A stretch of 64,000 nucleotides of DNA from positions 1 through 64,000 of the forward strand of contig CAXTYC010000005.1 in NCBI GenBank assembly GCA_964248365.1, in the 5' to 3' direction. Shown one piece after another: positions 62,152 to 64,000 of the stretch. Source of the stretch: an uncultured Chroococcidiopsis sp. Its GTDB lineage: Bacteria > Cyanobacteriota > Cyanobacteriia > Cyanobacteriales > Chroococcidiopsidaceae. The notes under the pieces are model-generated. The model saw only the letters and a list, made by a program, of their open reading frames with translations. It was not told the DNA's origin and ran no database searches. Position numbers and translations under genes: made by a program. The stretch's first letter is position 1. The number at the start of each line of letters is the position of its first letter.

Positions 62152-62298
62152 CTAAACACTCAACTAATATAGGAAAAATAAAATGTTTAAGTCTACGTAG
62201 GGTGGGCAATGCCCACCATTATCAGAAGGAGTGGGCAGGGGTGACAAACTAAATCTAAACACTCAACTAATATAGGAAGAATAAAATGTTTAAGTCTA
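62152..62298 (+). repeat. 44-bp direct repeat (RBS + start of the MCP gene) flanking a GTAG-REP hairpin
   Basis: CTAAACACTCAACTAATATAGGAA(A/G)AATAAAATGTTTAAGTCTA occurs at 62152-62195 and 62255-62298. GTAGGGTGGGCAATGCCCACC starts at 62197. Confidence 0.85.
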
Positions 62299-64000
62299 TG
62301 TCATTAAGAAATAAAGCAGTCGCTTTTGCAATTGCGCTTGGCACTTTACCAGTTGTAGGCTGCGGTGCGATCGCTTATCATTTTGCTAACACCAACATTG
62401 TTAAATCTGAGATTAAATATCAAGAATCTAGTGCTGTTAGTTTAAGTAGTAACGTTAATCGCTTCTTATTTGAACGTTATGGAGACATTCAGACTCTTGC
62501 TAATTTATCTATTCTCAATGCTCCTAAATACACCACAGATATTACACCACAAACAAAGCAAAATATTCTGAATAAATTCATAGAAACTTCTAGAGTTTAC
62601 GACAGCATAGCTGCATTCGATCTAAATGGTAACGTAATTTTACAATCATCAGGAACGCCGATTTCTAACCATAAAAATAGGGCTTATTTCCAGCAAGTCA
62701 TTCAAACCGGACAGCCTGTAATTAGCAATCCTGAAAAATCAACATCGACCCACGAAGTAGTGATTCACTTTGCTGCACCTGTGAGAGATGTAGATACAGG
62801 AAAAATTATTGCTGTAGTACGTTCCAGAATGCCAGTAAAAGCTTTGAATGACCTGATAGCAGACTTTGGCAGTAATGGAAACGAATGGCATTTGCTCGAT
62901 AATTCGTCAGGCAAATTCTTTGCCGCAGCCGAAACAAAACAGATAGGAAGAGATGCTAAATCAGATTTTGCTATCTTGCCCCAACTGCAAGCAGAAAATA
63001 AGGTAAATACTGCAATAGATGTTCAAAAGAGCAATCGCCGTGAACAATTAATCACTTATGCTCCTTCTGAAAAACTAGAAGGTTTACCACAACTCAACTG
63101 GAGCGTAGTTCTTGCGAGGGATACAAAAGACGTATTTGCCACCCAAAGACAATTAGTGTGGACTCTCCTTTTTGGTACTGGATTGACAGCATTAGTTGGT
63201 AGTGGGTTAGCCGTGCTATTAGCTAACCGCACGACAAAATTGGTTCAACACATTGCAGGTGAGATCGCCGCATCATCAACAGAAATTGCTGCGACAGTAG
63301 AGCAACAAGAACGCACCGTTTCCCTGCAAGCTTCATCAGTTAATCAAACCACGACGACGATGGATGAACTAGATGCATCCAGTCGCCAATCTGCTGAGCA
63401 AGCCGAAGCATCAGCCTCTGGTGCTAGACAAGCCTTAGCCCTAGCAGAAAACGGCACACAAGCCGTCCAGCAAACGATGCAAGGCATGACAACACTCAAA
63501 GACAAGGTGGGAGCTATAGCCGAGCAAATTCTGCGTCTATCCGAACAAACTATGCAAATCGGCGGCATATCGGGGTTAGTCGGAGACTTAGCCAACCAAA
63601 CCAATATGCTGGCTTTGAATGCAGCAGTAGAAGCAGCACGAGCCGGAGAGCATGGCAAAGGCTTTAGCGTTGTTGCTGGAGAAATTCGCAAATTAGCTGA
63701 TGAAAGTAAGAAATCAGCCCAGAAAATCACCGCTCTGGTGGCAGATATTCAAGGCTCAATCAACACTACTGTCATGGTGACTGATGAGGGAACTAAAACA
63801 GTAGATCAAGGTATCAATTTAGCGCAAGGTACTGCCGAAACCTTTAATCATGTTGCAGATTCAGTCAACAACGTATTTTTGAACAGCCAACAGATTTCCC
63901 TCAATGTCAAACAGCAAGCGATCGCTGTACGTCAAGTAGTCGAGGCGATGAATGCAATCAACTTGGGAGCCAGAGAAAGTGCGACTGGCATTACTCAAGT
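62286..64000 (+). CDS. Methyl-accepting chemotaxis protein with Cache-like sensor (runs off the window end; absent from the ORF track)
   Basis: ATG 62286 [19 protein letters not shown].., ERYGDIQ, RAYFQQ, second TM helix and [23 protein letters not shown]. Confidence 0.9.
   Translation, partial: MFKSMSLRNKAVAFAIALGTLPVVGCGAIAYHFANTNIVKSEIKYQESSAVSLSSNVNRFLFERYGDIQTLANLSILNAPKYTTDITPQTKQNILNKFIETSRVYDSIAAFDLNGNVILQSSGTPISNHKNRAYFQQVIQTGQPVISNPEKSTSTHEVVIHFAAPVRDVDTGKIIAVVRSRMPVKALNDLIADFGSNGNEWHLLDNSSGKFFAAAETKQIGRDAKSDFAILPQLQAENKVNTAIDVQKSNRREQLITYAPSEKLEGLPQLNWSVVLARDTKDVFATQRQLVWTLLFGTGLTALVGSGLAVLLANRTTKLVQHIAGEIAASSTEIAATVEQQERTVSLQASSVNQTTTTMDELDASSRQSAEQAEASASGARQALALAENGTQAVQQTMQGMTTLKDKVGAIAEQILRLSEQTMQIGGISGLVGDLANQTNMLALNAAVEAARAGEHGKGFSVVAGEIRKLADESKKSAQKITALVADIQGSINTTVMVTDEGTKTVDQGINLAQGTAETFNHVADSVNNVFLNSQQISLNVKQQAIAVRQVVEAMNAINLGARESATGITQ

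Noticed and set aside
63344..63730. 128-aa minus-strand ORF
   Set aside because: It is an antisense shadow of the MCP signalling domain.

Overview
Cyanobacterial chromosome segment, judged by frequent HIP1 octamers (GCGATCGC), heptamer tandem repeats and GTAG-type palindromes. The core (11.9-41.6 kb, all minus strand) is a scytonemin UV-sunscreen cluster: an AraC-type response regulator, scyA-B-C-(D/E)-F, eboA-B-C, tyrA, dsbA, eboD-E, GST, eboF, an inserted NACHT NTPase, trpE(G)-trpC, a quinone oxidoreductase and trpA-B-D. Directly downstream on the same strand are two Gly-rich repeat proteins without signal peptides and a PPIase/HlyB/HlyD type I secretion module. The main observation is a gapless ~41-bp motif with 21-bp-spaced half-sites and a TAnnnT box 22-23 nt away. 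It occurs upstream of scyA, trpE and both Gly-rich genes, suggesting that the repeat proteins (and possibly the secretion module) belong to the scytonemin regulon. The regulator has Glu at the phospho-acceptor position and no adjacent kinase. The left end holds a nested group II intron remnant and a collapsed NOS-like pseudogene. The right part holds a c-di-GMP enzyme, nnr, mnmA, sat, a pseudo-orthocaspase and the start of a chemosensory cluster. All calls are from motif recognition by eye; no searches were run.
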